A stretch of 64,000 nucleotides of DNA from a virus. Its lineage: Duplodnaviria; Caudoviricetes. The position numbers and the translations under genes were made by a program. Under the pieces are notes generated by a model that had not been told where the DNA came from, made no database searches, and saw only the letters and a list, made by a program, of their open reading frames with translations. The DNA is taken from positions 1-64,000 of the IMG/VR virus record IMGVR_UViG_3300044678_002325. One strand, written 5' to 3'. Shown here one piece after another: positions 55,115 through 64,000 of the stretch. The number at the start of each line of letters is the position of its first letter. Position 1 is the first letter of the stretch.

Positions 55115-55579
55115 TTATTTTTTACAATTTTCAATAAATTTATCCTTAATTAATTTTCCATATTTTTTATTAATATAATTTGAAAGTAAATAAACAACAT
55201 TTTCAAATTCAACACTATCATCATCCAAAAAATCATCATAATAATTATTATGTAAAAATTCAAGGATGGTTTCTTCAACAACATTTAGAAATGTTTTGGG
55301 AGTTTCATATTTTTCACAATAAAAATCCTTATCCTTCTCAAAATTATAAATCTTATCCATTTTTTCGTCAATATAATATTTGATAAGTTCTTTAGCCTTC
55401 TCATCATCAAATGGTATATTGAATTTATCAATGAGTTTATTAGCCGTAATACCCATAGATTGAGCGACATCCATAATCCCATACTCTTCTATATTGTTTA
55501 TAATTTCTAGACGGTCCTTATCAAATTTAGACTCAGAAATCAAAAACTTATATTGTGACTCACTAATTATTATTCTCAT
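55115..55579 (-). CDS. MRIIISESQ-motif protein
   Basis: Family peptide. Confidence 0.72.
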   Translation of the reverse strand: MRIIISESQYKFLISESKFDKDRLEIINNIEEYGIMDVAQSMGITANKLIDKFNIPFDDEKAKELIKYYIDEKMDKIYNFEKDKDFYCEKYETPKTFLNVVEETILEFLHNNYYDDFLDDDSVEFENVVYLLSNYINKKYGKLIKDKFIENCKK

Positions 55580-55586
55580 TTCTTTT

Positions 55587-56189
55587 TTATTTTTTGTTAT
55601 ACAACTTGTCAGTTAACCCATCCAAAATATATTCATCTATAACTTCCCACATTTCAGTATAATAATCATCATCAGATATGTAATCAGGTTCAAATTCCCA
55701 TTCATCATCCCTACCAGAAGAATATTGAGATAGTCTTCCAGTTAATTCAAAAAACCTCCCATCAGCCAATGATTTCATTAATGTAACATCATACTCATCA
55801 CCATCCTTGTCATATTCAACTTTAGCGGAAAATTCTTTTTCAAATTTGAATTGAGCATTATTATATCGCCAAGGTAGTTGTTCTCTTATCTTTGAAAGAT
55901 AATCATCATAAAAATAAGTTTTTTCACCCTCCATTAAGATATAAATTGTTCCACCCTTAATCTCAACATCTTTATACGACCCATCCAATAACTCATCACA
56001 AATTTTCTTAACCTCATTTGTAAATACATCATCAAATGATGAACCCAATTTTTTGAGGACAATGTCCTCACCAATATTTTCAAATATGTGTTTCAATCCA
56101 AATGTTTGAATTAATTCTATCATCTTATCCTTAAATGACTTATCCTCCAATATCAATCTATACTGACGTTCAGTTATTATTATTTTCAT
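55587..56189 (-). CDS. MKIIITERQ-motif protein
   Basis: Family peptide. Confidence 0.72.
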   Translation of the reverse strand: MKIIITERQYRLILEDKSFKDKMIELIQTFGLKHIFENIGEDIVLKKLGSSFDDVFTNEVKKICDELLDGSYKDVEIKGGTIYILMEGEKTYFYDDYLSKIREQLPWRYNNAQFKFEKEFSAKVEYDKDGDEYDVTLMKSLADGRFFELTGRLSQYSSGRDDEWEFEPDYISDDDYYTEMWEVIDEYILDGLTDKLYNKK

Positions 56190-57364
56190 AATTTTCTAAG
56201 TATCTTTCTAATTGTTTCACTTAAACTTGATGGTTTACCAACACCACCATCACCAGAACTAGGTTTTGATGGTGTATTATTCCCACCCTTTATTGTTGGT
56301 TCATATTCAACATTCGGTTCTGTATAAATCTTAGGTCCTGAAAAATCAAAAGGAGGGTCATCGTCATCACAATCCCAATATCCTTTTCTACAACAATTAA
56401 GATATTTTCTAGCAATTCGCATAATTTCTTGCGCTTTATTATAATCAGGGTCTTTTATTACACTACTTTCATCATACTTTGGTGTAAATATCTTTTCAAT
56501 TTTTTTATCAATGAATTCTGACCTCTTCTTTTTAATTTTATCTAAACTTATCCCAGTTTCATCAGAAAACATTTTTGCAAATTCGTAAAATTTGTTAATA
56601 GATAAATAACGATATTTTTTAATAAAATCGTTTATTTTCTCCTCATCACTATCAGATGGAAGACTTCTTTCTGGCGGAGAATCTTTAGTACGCTTATATT
56701 TTATTCTTAGTTGGTCAACTTTAGCACTACCAGTACTATATAAAATTCTAAACATCCTATAATACTCTTTTGTACAAAACTTTTTATCTAAAGACACTTC
56801 TTTTAATTCAAATAAAAATTTATAAGCATCCTCAAATGTGTCATAAATTGGGGTATCTTCAAACGTAATTTGTTTTGGTTCATTGATACTTACTTTTGGT
56901 TGTTTGATTTCTTTTTTAGGTTCATTTGTTATTATCCCAGATTCCTTTTTTACCACATCCCAATCAATGTAATCTTCGTGTTTACATATTTCAGGTTTTT
57001 TACGTTCTAATTCATACTTAAATTGACAATATAAATTATGCCAAGAATCAATAGACCTTGAATCCCTATAAAAAAACGCATAAATGAAATTATCCTCAAA
57101 ATCACTATTATCAAACATATTTTCGGCCTCATATTCATTATCTCTAATAGAATCCAAAACATATTTAATCATATGTTCCAATGGGAAATTAGGATGTTTA
57201 TGTTCCTTTGTTGTTTTTTGTTTTTCAAGATTAGAAATAAAAGATGAAAAATATTCTTTGATACGACCCACCATATCTAACACATCATTAAATGTGTAAT
57301 TATGTCCTTCTTTTAATACTTTAACCATTTTGGTTAACTGAGATTCAGTTAATTTTATTTTCAT
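56186..57364 (-). CDS. MKIKLTESQ-motif protein with C-terminal LSETIRKILRKL
   Basis: Family peptides at both termini. Confidence 0.72.
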   Translation of the reverse strand: MKIKLTESQLTKMVKVLKEGHNYTFNDVLDMVGRIKEYFSSFISNLEKQKTTKEHKHPNFPLEHMIKYVLDSIRDNEYEAENMFDNSDFEDNFIYAFFYRDSRSIDSWHNLYCQFKYELERKKPEICKHEDYIDWDVVKKESGIITNEPKKEIKQPKVSINEPKQITFEDTPIYDTFEDAYKFLFELKEVSLDKKFCTKEYYRMFRILYSTGSAKVDQLRIKYKRTKDSPPERSLPSDSDEEKINDFIKKYRYLSINKFYEFAKMFSDETGISLDKIKKKRSEFIDKKIEKIFTPKYDESSVIKDPDYNKAQEIMRIARKYLNCCRKGYWDCDDDDPPFDFSGPKIYTEPNVEYEPTIKGGNNTPSKPSSGDGGVGKPSSLSETIRKILRKL

Positions 57365-57443
57365 ATTATAATTTTAATATAAATATATCAAAAAAAAATC
57401 CCCACCTTAAAGATGGGGATATATTTTATACTTTTGAATTTTC

Positions 57444-57839
57444 TTATAAAGCATATTCATTAAAATAAAATCTGTCTAAATTACTTAACCTATTTCCAAA
57501 TTCACGTCTATTTTTACCATAATTATATCTCCCATTATTATCAACCCAAACTTTAACCAAATTATGTCCCTTATTTTTAATAACTATTAAAGTCATATTC
57601 CAGTTTTCACCATATCTTTCTCCACCCTCATCTTTTTCAGTTATTGATTCAGATGATACATTATCTTCATTCAAATCAAATAACTCTATAACCTTATCTT
57701 TCAAGGAATATTCACTTATATAATCTAAATTGGACTGAATCCAATCATCTAATTCCTCAACCTCTCCGTAACTTTCTTTTATTATTCTTTTTACCATTCT
57801 AATTAAATCAGATTCCGTTAATCTTACTATTTTTTTCAT
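57444..57839 (-). CDS. MKKIVRLTESDL-motif protein
   Basis: Family peptide. Confidence 0.75.
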   Translation of the reverse strand: MKKIVRLTESDLIRMVKRIIKESYGEVEELDDWIQSNLDYISEYSLKDKVIELFDLNEDNVSSESITEKDEGGERYGENWNMTLIVIKNKGHNLVKVWVDNNGRYNYGKNRREFGNRLSNLDRFYFNEYAL

Positions 57840-57864
57840 ATTTTTTTAATTTAAAATAAATATT

Positions 57865-58359
57865 TTATACTTTTGAAAAATATACATTACCACTAGGTTT
57901 ATTGATAAATTCATTTATATTTAATTCACATCTGTATTCTATTTTTGTATCCTCATATTCTAATATATAATTTGTCGCAAAACTTTCTAGGATTTGTTGG
58001 TAATATAAGTCTAACTCATTTTTTAGTTTTTTTGTCTCTGACATATTAACTTCACTTTTAACCTTACTATACCCTAAAATAAAATACATATGTTGATTGT
58101 AATCCTCCTTCCATCTTTCTAAATAAGAATCAGGAATCTGTGTTTCAGATGTAAGTATATCTTTATTTAAATAAAACTTATTAACATCATCCAAGTCAAC
58201 AATTAAATCAATAAATATTATTGACCCATATTCATATGCTTTTTCTCCTAACTCCCACCCAGTAATAAAATCATAATCAGATGATAATGCCTTAACAGCC
58301 ATATTAATACCTTTAAGCTGTTTATTACTAAAGTCTTCGTTAATTCTATATGATTTCAT
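57865..58359 (-). CDS. Hypothetical protein
   Basis: ORF track; TATTTATA upstream. Confidence 0.65.
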   Translation of the reverse strand: MKSYRINEDFSNKQLKGINMAVKALSSDYDFITGWELGEKAYEYGSIIFIDLIVDLDDVNKFYLNKDILTSETQIPDSYLERWKEDYNQHMYFILGYSKVKSEVNMSETKKLKNELDLYYQQILESFATNYILEYEDTKIEYRCELNINEFINKPSGNVYFSKV

Positions 58360-58377
58360 TTTTTATTTATAAATACA

Positions 58378-59166
58378 TCAATCTTTTTTATACTTTATTA
58401 ATTCAGGATAATCATTTAATAAGTCTTTATCAAATTTAATAAAATTAACATCATTATAATTGTCATCAACAATTTTAACAATGTCTTTATCAGTTCCCTT
58501 ATATATCGCAAATATTCTTGACGATATCTCACCATCAATATAAAAACTATAAAAATCTGGGTCTTTAATAAGTTTTGTCCAAATTCTTTGAGACTCCGCA
58601 CTGACATTGGAGGTTGAACTACCCCATCCCAAATATTTTATGAATTCTTGATATATCAAATAACCCAATCCAGTCCCCATTAAAATTGATGGCAATCCAC
58701 CAATAAAATGTATCCTATTTCTAGGTTCACCCTCAGTTTCAATCACAACACCCCAATCATTCAATATCTCATCAACATTCTTTATTATCCCCCTATTTGT
58801 TTTTTTCATTGCGGGAATCTCCAAACCATAATGCTCATTCCCATACAAACCACCATTTTCAAAATTAACCCTAGATGGAAAATGCTTAATCCCAAAATTT
58901 GGGGGAAATTTAACATCATACGAATTTTTACCTTTAGTTATAAACTTCAATCCATACGGTTCACTACGAGTAATCGGTTCATCCTTGAAAACATTACCAT
59001 AATCCTTTGCAAAAGTGTCATCCAAATGCTTTTTCCTATAATAGTCGGTATTAGGTTTCTCCAAATATGTGCCCTCAATGTCAATCTCATCTATTTCACC
59101 CTCATTAATAACCCTCTTAATCAATTTAACCAATTCACCCTCAGTTAATCTTATAATTCTTTTCAT
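58378..59166 (-). CDS. MKRIIRLTEGEL-motif protein with GNAT-like domain
   Basis: GTGLGYLIY...SAESQRIWTKL resembles the GNAT acetyl-CoA-binding motifs. Confidence 0.6.
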   Translation of the reverse strand: MKRIIRLTEGELVKLIKRVINEGEIDEIDIEGTYLEKPNTDYYRKKHLDDTFAKDYGNVFKDEPITRSEPYGLKFITKGKNSYDVKFPPNFGIKHFPSRVNFENGGLYGNEHYGLEIPAMKKTNRGIIKNVDEILNDWGVVIETEGEPRNRIHFIGGLPSILMGTGLGYLIYQEFIKYLGWGSSTSNVSAESQRIWTKLIKDPDFYSFYIDGEISSRIFAIYKGTDKDIVKIVDDNYNDVNFIKFDKDLLNDYPELIKYKKD

Positions 59167-59171
59167 AATCT

Positions 59172-59213
59172 AATTTTAATATAAATATTATTAAAAAGGG
59201 GTTGGGGATTGAT
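59172..59213. repeat. Intergenic cassette repeat (AATTTTAATATAAATA...TTAAAAAGGGGTTGGGGATTGAT)
   Basis: Recurs at ~60667-60712 and ~61671-61717; partial copy at ~57370. Confidence 0.8.
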
Positions 59214-60661
59214 TACGACCGAAGGGAGAGATAATTTTCTTTACCCAAATTACCCAAATTTTTAATAAATCCTTTTTCAGTCTCACCAATGAAATTCAAA
59301 AATTTATAGAAATCATTTTTATTGGTTTTCAAATAGTATATTCCAAATAAATCAATTAAATCGGAGTTTTCCATAAATTCATTTTTAATATCCTTTTTAA
59401 TAAATTTTTCAACAAAAAACATTTCAGGGATTTTATTATAACCAATTTCATTTAATAATTCCAAATCATAATAAAAACGATATTGTCTTGGATTGGATTT
59501 AATCAACATCAAAATAAATCTATTAATGTCCAATTCCAATAGGTAATCAAACTTATTTTTATTTTCTCCCTTAATTAATTCGTAATCCCCACTTGAAAAT
59601 TTTGAAAAAATATCTTGATTTGGATTATTCTTACGAAGTTTAAAAAATGTTTCTAACCTTTCATCCAAAATTTTATTATACCTATTCAACAATTTACCAT
59701 CTTGTTTTATTAATTCAACTTGATTATTTGTTAATGAAACCCCAAGATTCATATACTTATTCTTCAAATCCGATGGTAAACTCTGAAATTGTTTATCCGT
59801 TAATGTATTAATTAAATTTACATAAACATCAATATAATATTCCTTATCCTTATAACTTAATTTGGAAAACTCCTCATCATTTAATCCATCCTTAAATCTT
59901 TCATATTTTCCCTTCTCATCATCACCCAATGGAACATTCTTAAAGTAATCCTTTAACCCATTTAATTCTGGGGCAATTCCCAATATTTTTTCCCAACTCA
60001 TTTTTTTATCCCCATCATTCAATGCCGATGTAACAACATATTCACCACCCTTCAAAACTTGTATAACAAAGAAATGCCACTTATCCCTAAAATCGCCTTC
60101 AAACTTTTTTCCAGATGTATTCCAATAATTAAATTCATTATCAGTCGCACCCTTCCTCTTAATAAAATAAAATGATGGTTCAGTTTTACCCATCCTATAT
60201 CTCATATACATATTTGAAGAATCACTCCTAGATACACACCAACTATATGGTCTATTCCCCTTATACTCAACACAGGATTGTCTATTTGGTGCATAATATA
60301 TCGTAACATTATTATTCTCAAATATCGGTTTCCCATCAACCTTTATATCCTCAAAATTTGCTGAACCAAAATTCCTCTGTCCAGCCATATAATCAACAAC
60401 CAACTCCAATTCCTTGAATGTCTTATATTGGTCAATGTCATATCTTTTCATCCCCTTCTCAATATTCAATCCATCCAAATCAGCATTCTCCAATTCCTTA
60501 TACTTCTTATCCTTAATCTCCCTAAAATCATTCAAGTACTTATCAACAATTCCCTCATCATTACCCTGTTGAATAAATTTATTTTTCTGTGTCTTGAAAT
60601 CTTCATTAATTACCCCATTAATTAATTTCCTCAATTGAGATTCCGTTATTATTATTTTCAT
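59213..60661 (-). CDS. MKIIITESQ-motif protein (482 aa)
   Basis: Family peptide; YSWCVS...Y..YR...FYFI domain. Confidence 0.75.
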   Translation of the reverse strand: MKIIITESQLRKLINGVINEDFKTQKNKFIQQGNDEGIVDKYLNDFREIKDKKYKELENADLDGLNIEKGMKRYDIDQYKTFKELELVVDYMAGQRNFGSANFEDIKVDGKPIFENNNVTIYYAPNRQSCVEYKGNRPYSWCVSRSDSSNMYMRYRMGKTEPSFYFIKRKGATDNEFNYWNTSGKKFEGDFRDKWHFFVIQVLKGGEYVVTSALNDGDKKMSWEKILGIAPELNGLKDYFKNVPLGDDEKGKYERFKDGLNDEEFSKLSYKDKEYYIDVYVNLINTLTDKQFQSLPSDLKNKYMNLGVSLTNNQVELIKQDGKLLNRYNKILDERLETFFKLRKNNPNQDIFSKFSSGDYELIKGENKNKFDYLLELDINRFILMLIKSNPRQYRFYYDLELLNEIGYNKIPEMFFVEKFIKKDIKNEFMENSDLIDLFGIYYLKTNKNDFYKFLNFIGETEKGFIKNLGNLGKENYLSLRS

Positions 60662-60666
60662 ATATT

Positions 60667-60760
60667 AATTTTAATATAAATATATCAACTTAAAAAGGGG
60701 TTGGGGATTGATATCGAGTATAACGAGAGAAAAAAATATCCCCACTATAAAAATGGGGAT
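60667..60760. repeat. Intergenic cassette repeat plus terminator hairpin
   Basis: Same motif as 59172 and 61671; ATCCCCA...TGGGGAT hairpin. Confidence 0.8.
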
Positions 60761-60766
60761 AATATA

Positions 60767-61666
60767 TTATTTCATTACAAACTTCCTAAACATAACCAAA
60801 AAATCAATAAAATCTTTATCAAATAATTTCTTCTCAATTCCAAAGTCATGCAACGAATAAATGTAATCATATAAATATTTTTTATCATATATCTTATCCT
60901 GTCCCAATACCTTAATCATTCGTTTCCCCATCCTATCGGATATTGGCTTATCATAATAAATGTGTTTTTTATAATCATTCTTTTCCACATAATACTTTAA
61001 CCTATCCATATTCCTATCAATAATAGTTTTATACTCCTCATATTCAGCATCCCCCAAATTCTCAAATAAGAAATCATAAAATAACTTCTCCAATGTATCA
61101 AAGGTTACATTCCACTCATATATCCCAACACTTAATTCATCATCACTTTGAAATGGGGTGTTCTTATATGGTAATATCATTTCCTTTTTAAATTCACCAC
61201 CCTCAACCCACTTAGGATATTTCTTTTTTAATTCATCAATTAATTTGGAAATCATTTCCACAATCCTACCCTCAAAAATTAGAGCCTTTTTATAACGACT
61301 ACCTTTAACATAAATATTACTTTCTTCATTGTTAATGTGTATGTAAATGTGAAATAAATGCTCCCATAAAGCTGTTAAAGGGTTGTCATCATCACCACCA
61401 ATAGAACTAGCATCAATATAAGTACTAACATAAAATAAAGAATTAATCTTTTTTCTATTCTCCTTATTATCTTCCAATTCATAAAATTCAATTATTGAAT
61501 CAATAATAACTTTGGTAACTTTATAAGTTATTTCCTTTTCTGTTGAATCACCAACCAATAATTTATTCAAAAACTCAATTAATTTATTTGAAATAAATGT
61601 CTTTGCATCGTAATTGTCCAATGACATTAATTCATTTAATTGCCTCTCCGTTATTATAATTTTCAT
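60767..61666 (-). CDS. MKIIITERQ-motif protein
   Basis: Family peptide. Confidence 0.72.
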   Translation of the reverse strand: MKIIITERQLNELMSLDNYDAKTFISNKLIEFLNKLLVGDSTEKEITYKVTKVIIDSIIEFYELEDNKENRKKINSLFYVSTYIDASSIGGDDDNPLTALWEHLFHIYIHINNEESNIYVKGSRYKKALIFEGRIVEMISKLIDELKKKYPKWVEGGEFKKEMILPYKNTPFQSDDELSVGIYEWNVTFDTLEKLFYDFLFENLGDAEYEEYKTIIDRNMDRLKYYVEKNDYKKHIYYDKPISDRMGKRMIKVLGQDKIYDKKYLYDYIYSLHDFGIEKKLFDKDFIDFLVMFRKFVMK

Positions 61667-61670
61667 ATGT

Positions 61671-61762
61671 AATTTTAATATAAATATATCAATTTAAAAA
61701 GGGGTTGGGGGATTGATAACGAGGAAAAAAAATATCCCCACTCCTAATATATGAAATGGGGT
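61671..61762. repeat. Intergenic cassette repeat plus terminator hairpin
   Basis: Same motif as 59172 and 60667. Confidence 0.8.
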
Positions 61763-61780
61763 TCAATTTTCATATTTTAT

Positions 61781-62311
61781 TTATCCACTAATTTCTTGAA
61801 TATCCTCTAAAATACTATTCAAAAAAGAATTTAGTACTTCTTTATCTAAATCGTAAGATGTACTTTCTGATTCATACTTTTCATCTGAATATCCCCAAGG
61901 GTCAGTTTCTATAAATACTCCACCACTTTTATCAATCTCAATAATATCCACTTGTCTATTATCATATCCCCTACAACCTAATGAAATTGTATCGTTATTT
62001 TCACTACAAAATATAATTAATTCTTTGTTGACATACTCAATTTGATATCCAAAATTATCATAATATTCATAATCAGTGACTTCACCAAATTCATATGATA
62101 ATTCATTTTCGAAAAAATCTTTTATTTTTTCAATAATCATTTTCATAATAGGATAAGATGAATTAGTATAATCATCATCATAAACAATTGATTCAAATTC
62201 TGTTTCTATTTCATTTACCAATTCTTCGAATTGTGGAGAATCCCCCTCTTTTATAATTTTTTTTACCAATCTGATTAAATCAAATTCCGTTAATCTTACA
62301 ATTCTTTTCAT
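61781..62311 (-). CDS. MKRIVRLTEFDL-motif protein
   Basis: Start trimmed to the family peptide. Confidence 0.75.
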   Translation of the reverse strand: MKRIVRLTEFDLIRLVKKIIKEGDSPQFEELVNEIETEFESIVYDDDYTNSSYPIMKMIIEKIKDFFENELSYEFGEVTDYEYYDNFGYQIEYVNKELIIFCSENNDTISLGCRGYDNRQVDIIEIDKSGGVFIETDPWGYSDEKYESESTSYDLDKEVLNSFLNSILEDIQEISG

Positions 62312-62370
62312 ATTTTTTTTCATAATTTTTATTATAAATATATAATACCAATTTCTCAAATTTTTTCCAA

Positions 62371-62457
62371 AATTTTTTTTTTACATTTTCACTTATATAT
62401 GGGGTGACTTACTTTTTTACCCAAAAATAAAAAACCCCTCTTCGTGATTGAGAGGGG
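62371..62457. repeat. ~87-bp intergenic direct repeat, copy 1
   Basis: Near-identical to 62986-63071; includes CCCCTCT-TCGTGATTG-AGAGGGG hairpin. Confidence 0.88.
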
Positions 62458-62487
62458 GATATTGAATTATAACTTTTTTAATCCAAC

Positions 62488-62919
62488 TTACCATAATGAT
62501 TTTGGTTGTTGTTTCTGATGACTACCACCAAAATTAGTGCTAAGACCAAGATTTGCAACTGGTTGTTTCCAACTAGGGTCACCATGACTACTATAATGGT
62601 GTGTATTATATGAACCACCAACATTTAAATTAATATTATGATGTTTACCTAATCCAGGAAATTGAATTTCAACGTGTTCACTTTTTGGGTCAATATGAAC
62701 ATGTACTTTGTGTCCAATATCTTCCCAAAAATTATGTTCAGTGTGGTGTGGCATAATATCTAAATGTTGTTTTAATTCAGGACTACTTGATATCTTATTC
62801 CACAATAATTTTTTATCATTTGGAGATATATTAGGTATTGTATTTGGACCTCCTTCTTTAATTACTCTTTTAACTAATTTAATTAAATCGGACTCAGTTA
62901 ATCTTATTATTTTTTTCAT
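62488..62919 (-). CDS. MKKIIRLTESDL-motif His-rich protein
   Basis: Family peptide; His-rich body. Confidence 0.72.
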   Translation of the reverse strand: MKKIIRLTESDLIKLVKRVIKEGGPNTIPNISPNDKKLLWNKISSSPELKQHLDIMPHHTEHNFWEDIGHKVHVHIDPKSEHVEIQFPGLGKHHNINLNVGGSYNTHHYSSHGDPSWKQPVANLGLSTNFGGSHQKQQPKSLW

Positions 62920-62985
62920 ATTTTTTTTTTGATTAATTTATTTGTATATATAAATATTTCCCAATTTTCCAAAATTTTTACCATA

Positions 62986-63071
62986 AATTTTTTTTTACAT
63001 TTTCACTTATATAAGGGGGGTACTTACTTTTTTACCTAAAATAAAAAACCCCTCTTCGTGATTGAGAGGGG
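62986..63071. repeat. ~87-bp intergenic direct repeat, copy 2
   Basis: Near-identical to 62371-62457. Confidence 0.88.
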
Positions 63072-63078
63072 CTTTTTG

Positions 63079-63456
63079 TTAAAACATATACAAATTATCT
63101 TCAAAATAATTTTTTAATCCTCTATATGCTGAAAAAGTTTTTTGTGTAGCTCTAAATAATCTATCATTAAGTTCAGATAAACCTCTATTTAATGACATTC
63201 TCTTTTTTTCTAAATCCGCATTAGGGTTCACTATTGATATGATATGTAAAATTCCTGCCATTAATTTATCCTCATCAACATCATTCCAATCATACCTTAC
63301 ATTATATGTAATTTTATTTAAATCTCTTTCTTCTAAGTTATTTATCCTATATATTAGTTCTTCATCAGTTAAAGGTTCATTCCCCATTTCTTCATTGATA
63401 ATTGATTTAATCAATTTGGTTAAATCACGTTCTGTTAATCTTACTATCTTCTTCAT
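63079..63456 (-). CDS. MKKIVRLTERDL-motif protein
   Basis: Family peptide. Confidence 0.75.
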   Translation of the reverse strand: MKKIVRLTERDLTKLIKSIINEEMGNEPLTDEELIYRINNLEERDLNKITYNVRYDWNDVDEDKLMAGILHIISIVNPNADLEKKRMSLNRGLSELNDRLFRATQKTFSAYRGLKNYFEDNLYMF

Positions 63457-63476
63457 TGTTTTTTTTTTTGATTAAT

Positions 63477-63998
63477 TTATTTGTATAGAGCATAGCCAAT
63501 AGTCGGCATGCCCATAAATGTAAATCGATTAGTCTCCTCAAAACCAAGTCTAAGCATTAACTTTTGTGCACTAATATTAAGTTCTGAAGTATAACCGTAT
63601 AATGGATATTTTATAAACCCCTCCTTTAATATAAGCTTAAATGCCTCGGTCATGATCCCCTTACCTGCATAGTTAATATCGATGCTAAAACCAACAGCAT
63701 TTGTAAATACTGGATTATTAGGAATATCACTTATTGAAAATAAGCCAACCGTCACCCCATCATACTTTATTGCCCATAGATGTGTAACATAACTGCTCTT
63801 TAAAAATTCTTTAAGCTTGTTACCTCTTTCATCAATAGTACTTCCTGGAATATTAGTTACATTAAATCGTGTGTTGTACTTCTCCTTTTGCTCATCTCCA
63901 TTTATTGCAAAAATAATCTCATTTAATATATCATCCCCTCTCCTAGATAAATACTCTACTGAGACTCCGCTCTCATCTTTAGGATCTATATTTTTTAT
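63477..63998 (-). CDS. GNAT (RimJ/RimL-like) acetyltransferase domain, 5' partial
   Basis: YAGKGIMTEA, N.SAQKLMLRLGF; frame stays open to the window edge. Confidence 0.75.
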   Translation of the reverse strand: MKNIDPKDESGVSVEYLSRRGDDILNEIIFAINGDEQKEKYNTRFNVTNIPGSTIDERGNKLKEFLKSSYVTHLWAIKYDGVTVGLFSISDIPNNPVFTNAVGFSIDINYAGKGIMTEAFKLILKEGFIKYPLYGYTSELNISAQKLMLRLGFEETNRFTFMGMPTIGYALYK

Positions 63999-64000
63999 AT

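Noticed and set aside
58380-61700. Diversity-generating retroelement behind the compositional bias
   Set aside because: No reverse transcriptase and no TR/VR pair differing at adenines was seen in the window.
1-64000. Stop-codon reassignment (code 15 or 4), as in some Bacteroidetes jumbo phages
   Set aside because: Conserved genes are intact in code 11, TAG and TGA end genes at expected positions, and no suppressor tRNA was found.

Overview
AT-rich 64-kb segment of a jumbo (huge) bacteriophage genome using the standard genetic code. The host is probably Bacteroidetes: TTTG-N20-TAnnTTTG promoters, lipoproteins and a tmRNA tag that resumes on Gly all point that way. Contents: a tmRNA; a 14-kb minus-strand tRNA region with 25 tRNAs forming a one-per-codon-box set for all 20 amino acids; 7 tRNA-like RNAs with aberrant anticodon arms; a Ro60/TROVE-like (DUF2828) gene followed by three repeated ncRNA motifs; RNA-repair and stress genes (RNA ligase, HD hydrolase, ClpB, DnaK, FKBP, GMP reductase, AsnRS-like protein); glycosyltransferases; lysis and cell-wall hydrolases; and about 20 unrelated proteins sharing an N-terminal MKKI(V/I)(R/I)LTE(S)-type peptide. 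The strongest candidate for a new system is a pair of unannotated leader-peptide/terminator attenuators heading the two tRNA blocks. The central codons of each leader match the tRNAs encoded downstream of it, which suggests ribosome-based sensing of tRNA shortage. A third, Asn-rich leader precedes the AsnRS-like gene. All calls were made by eye and no database searches were run.
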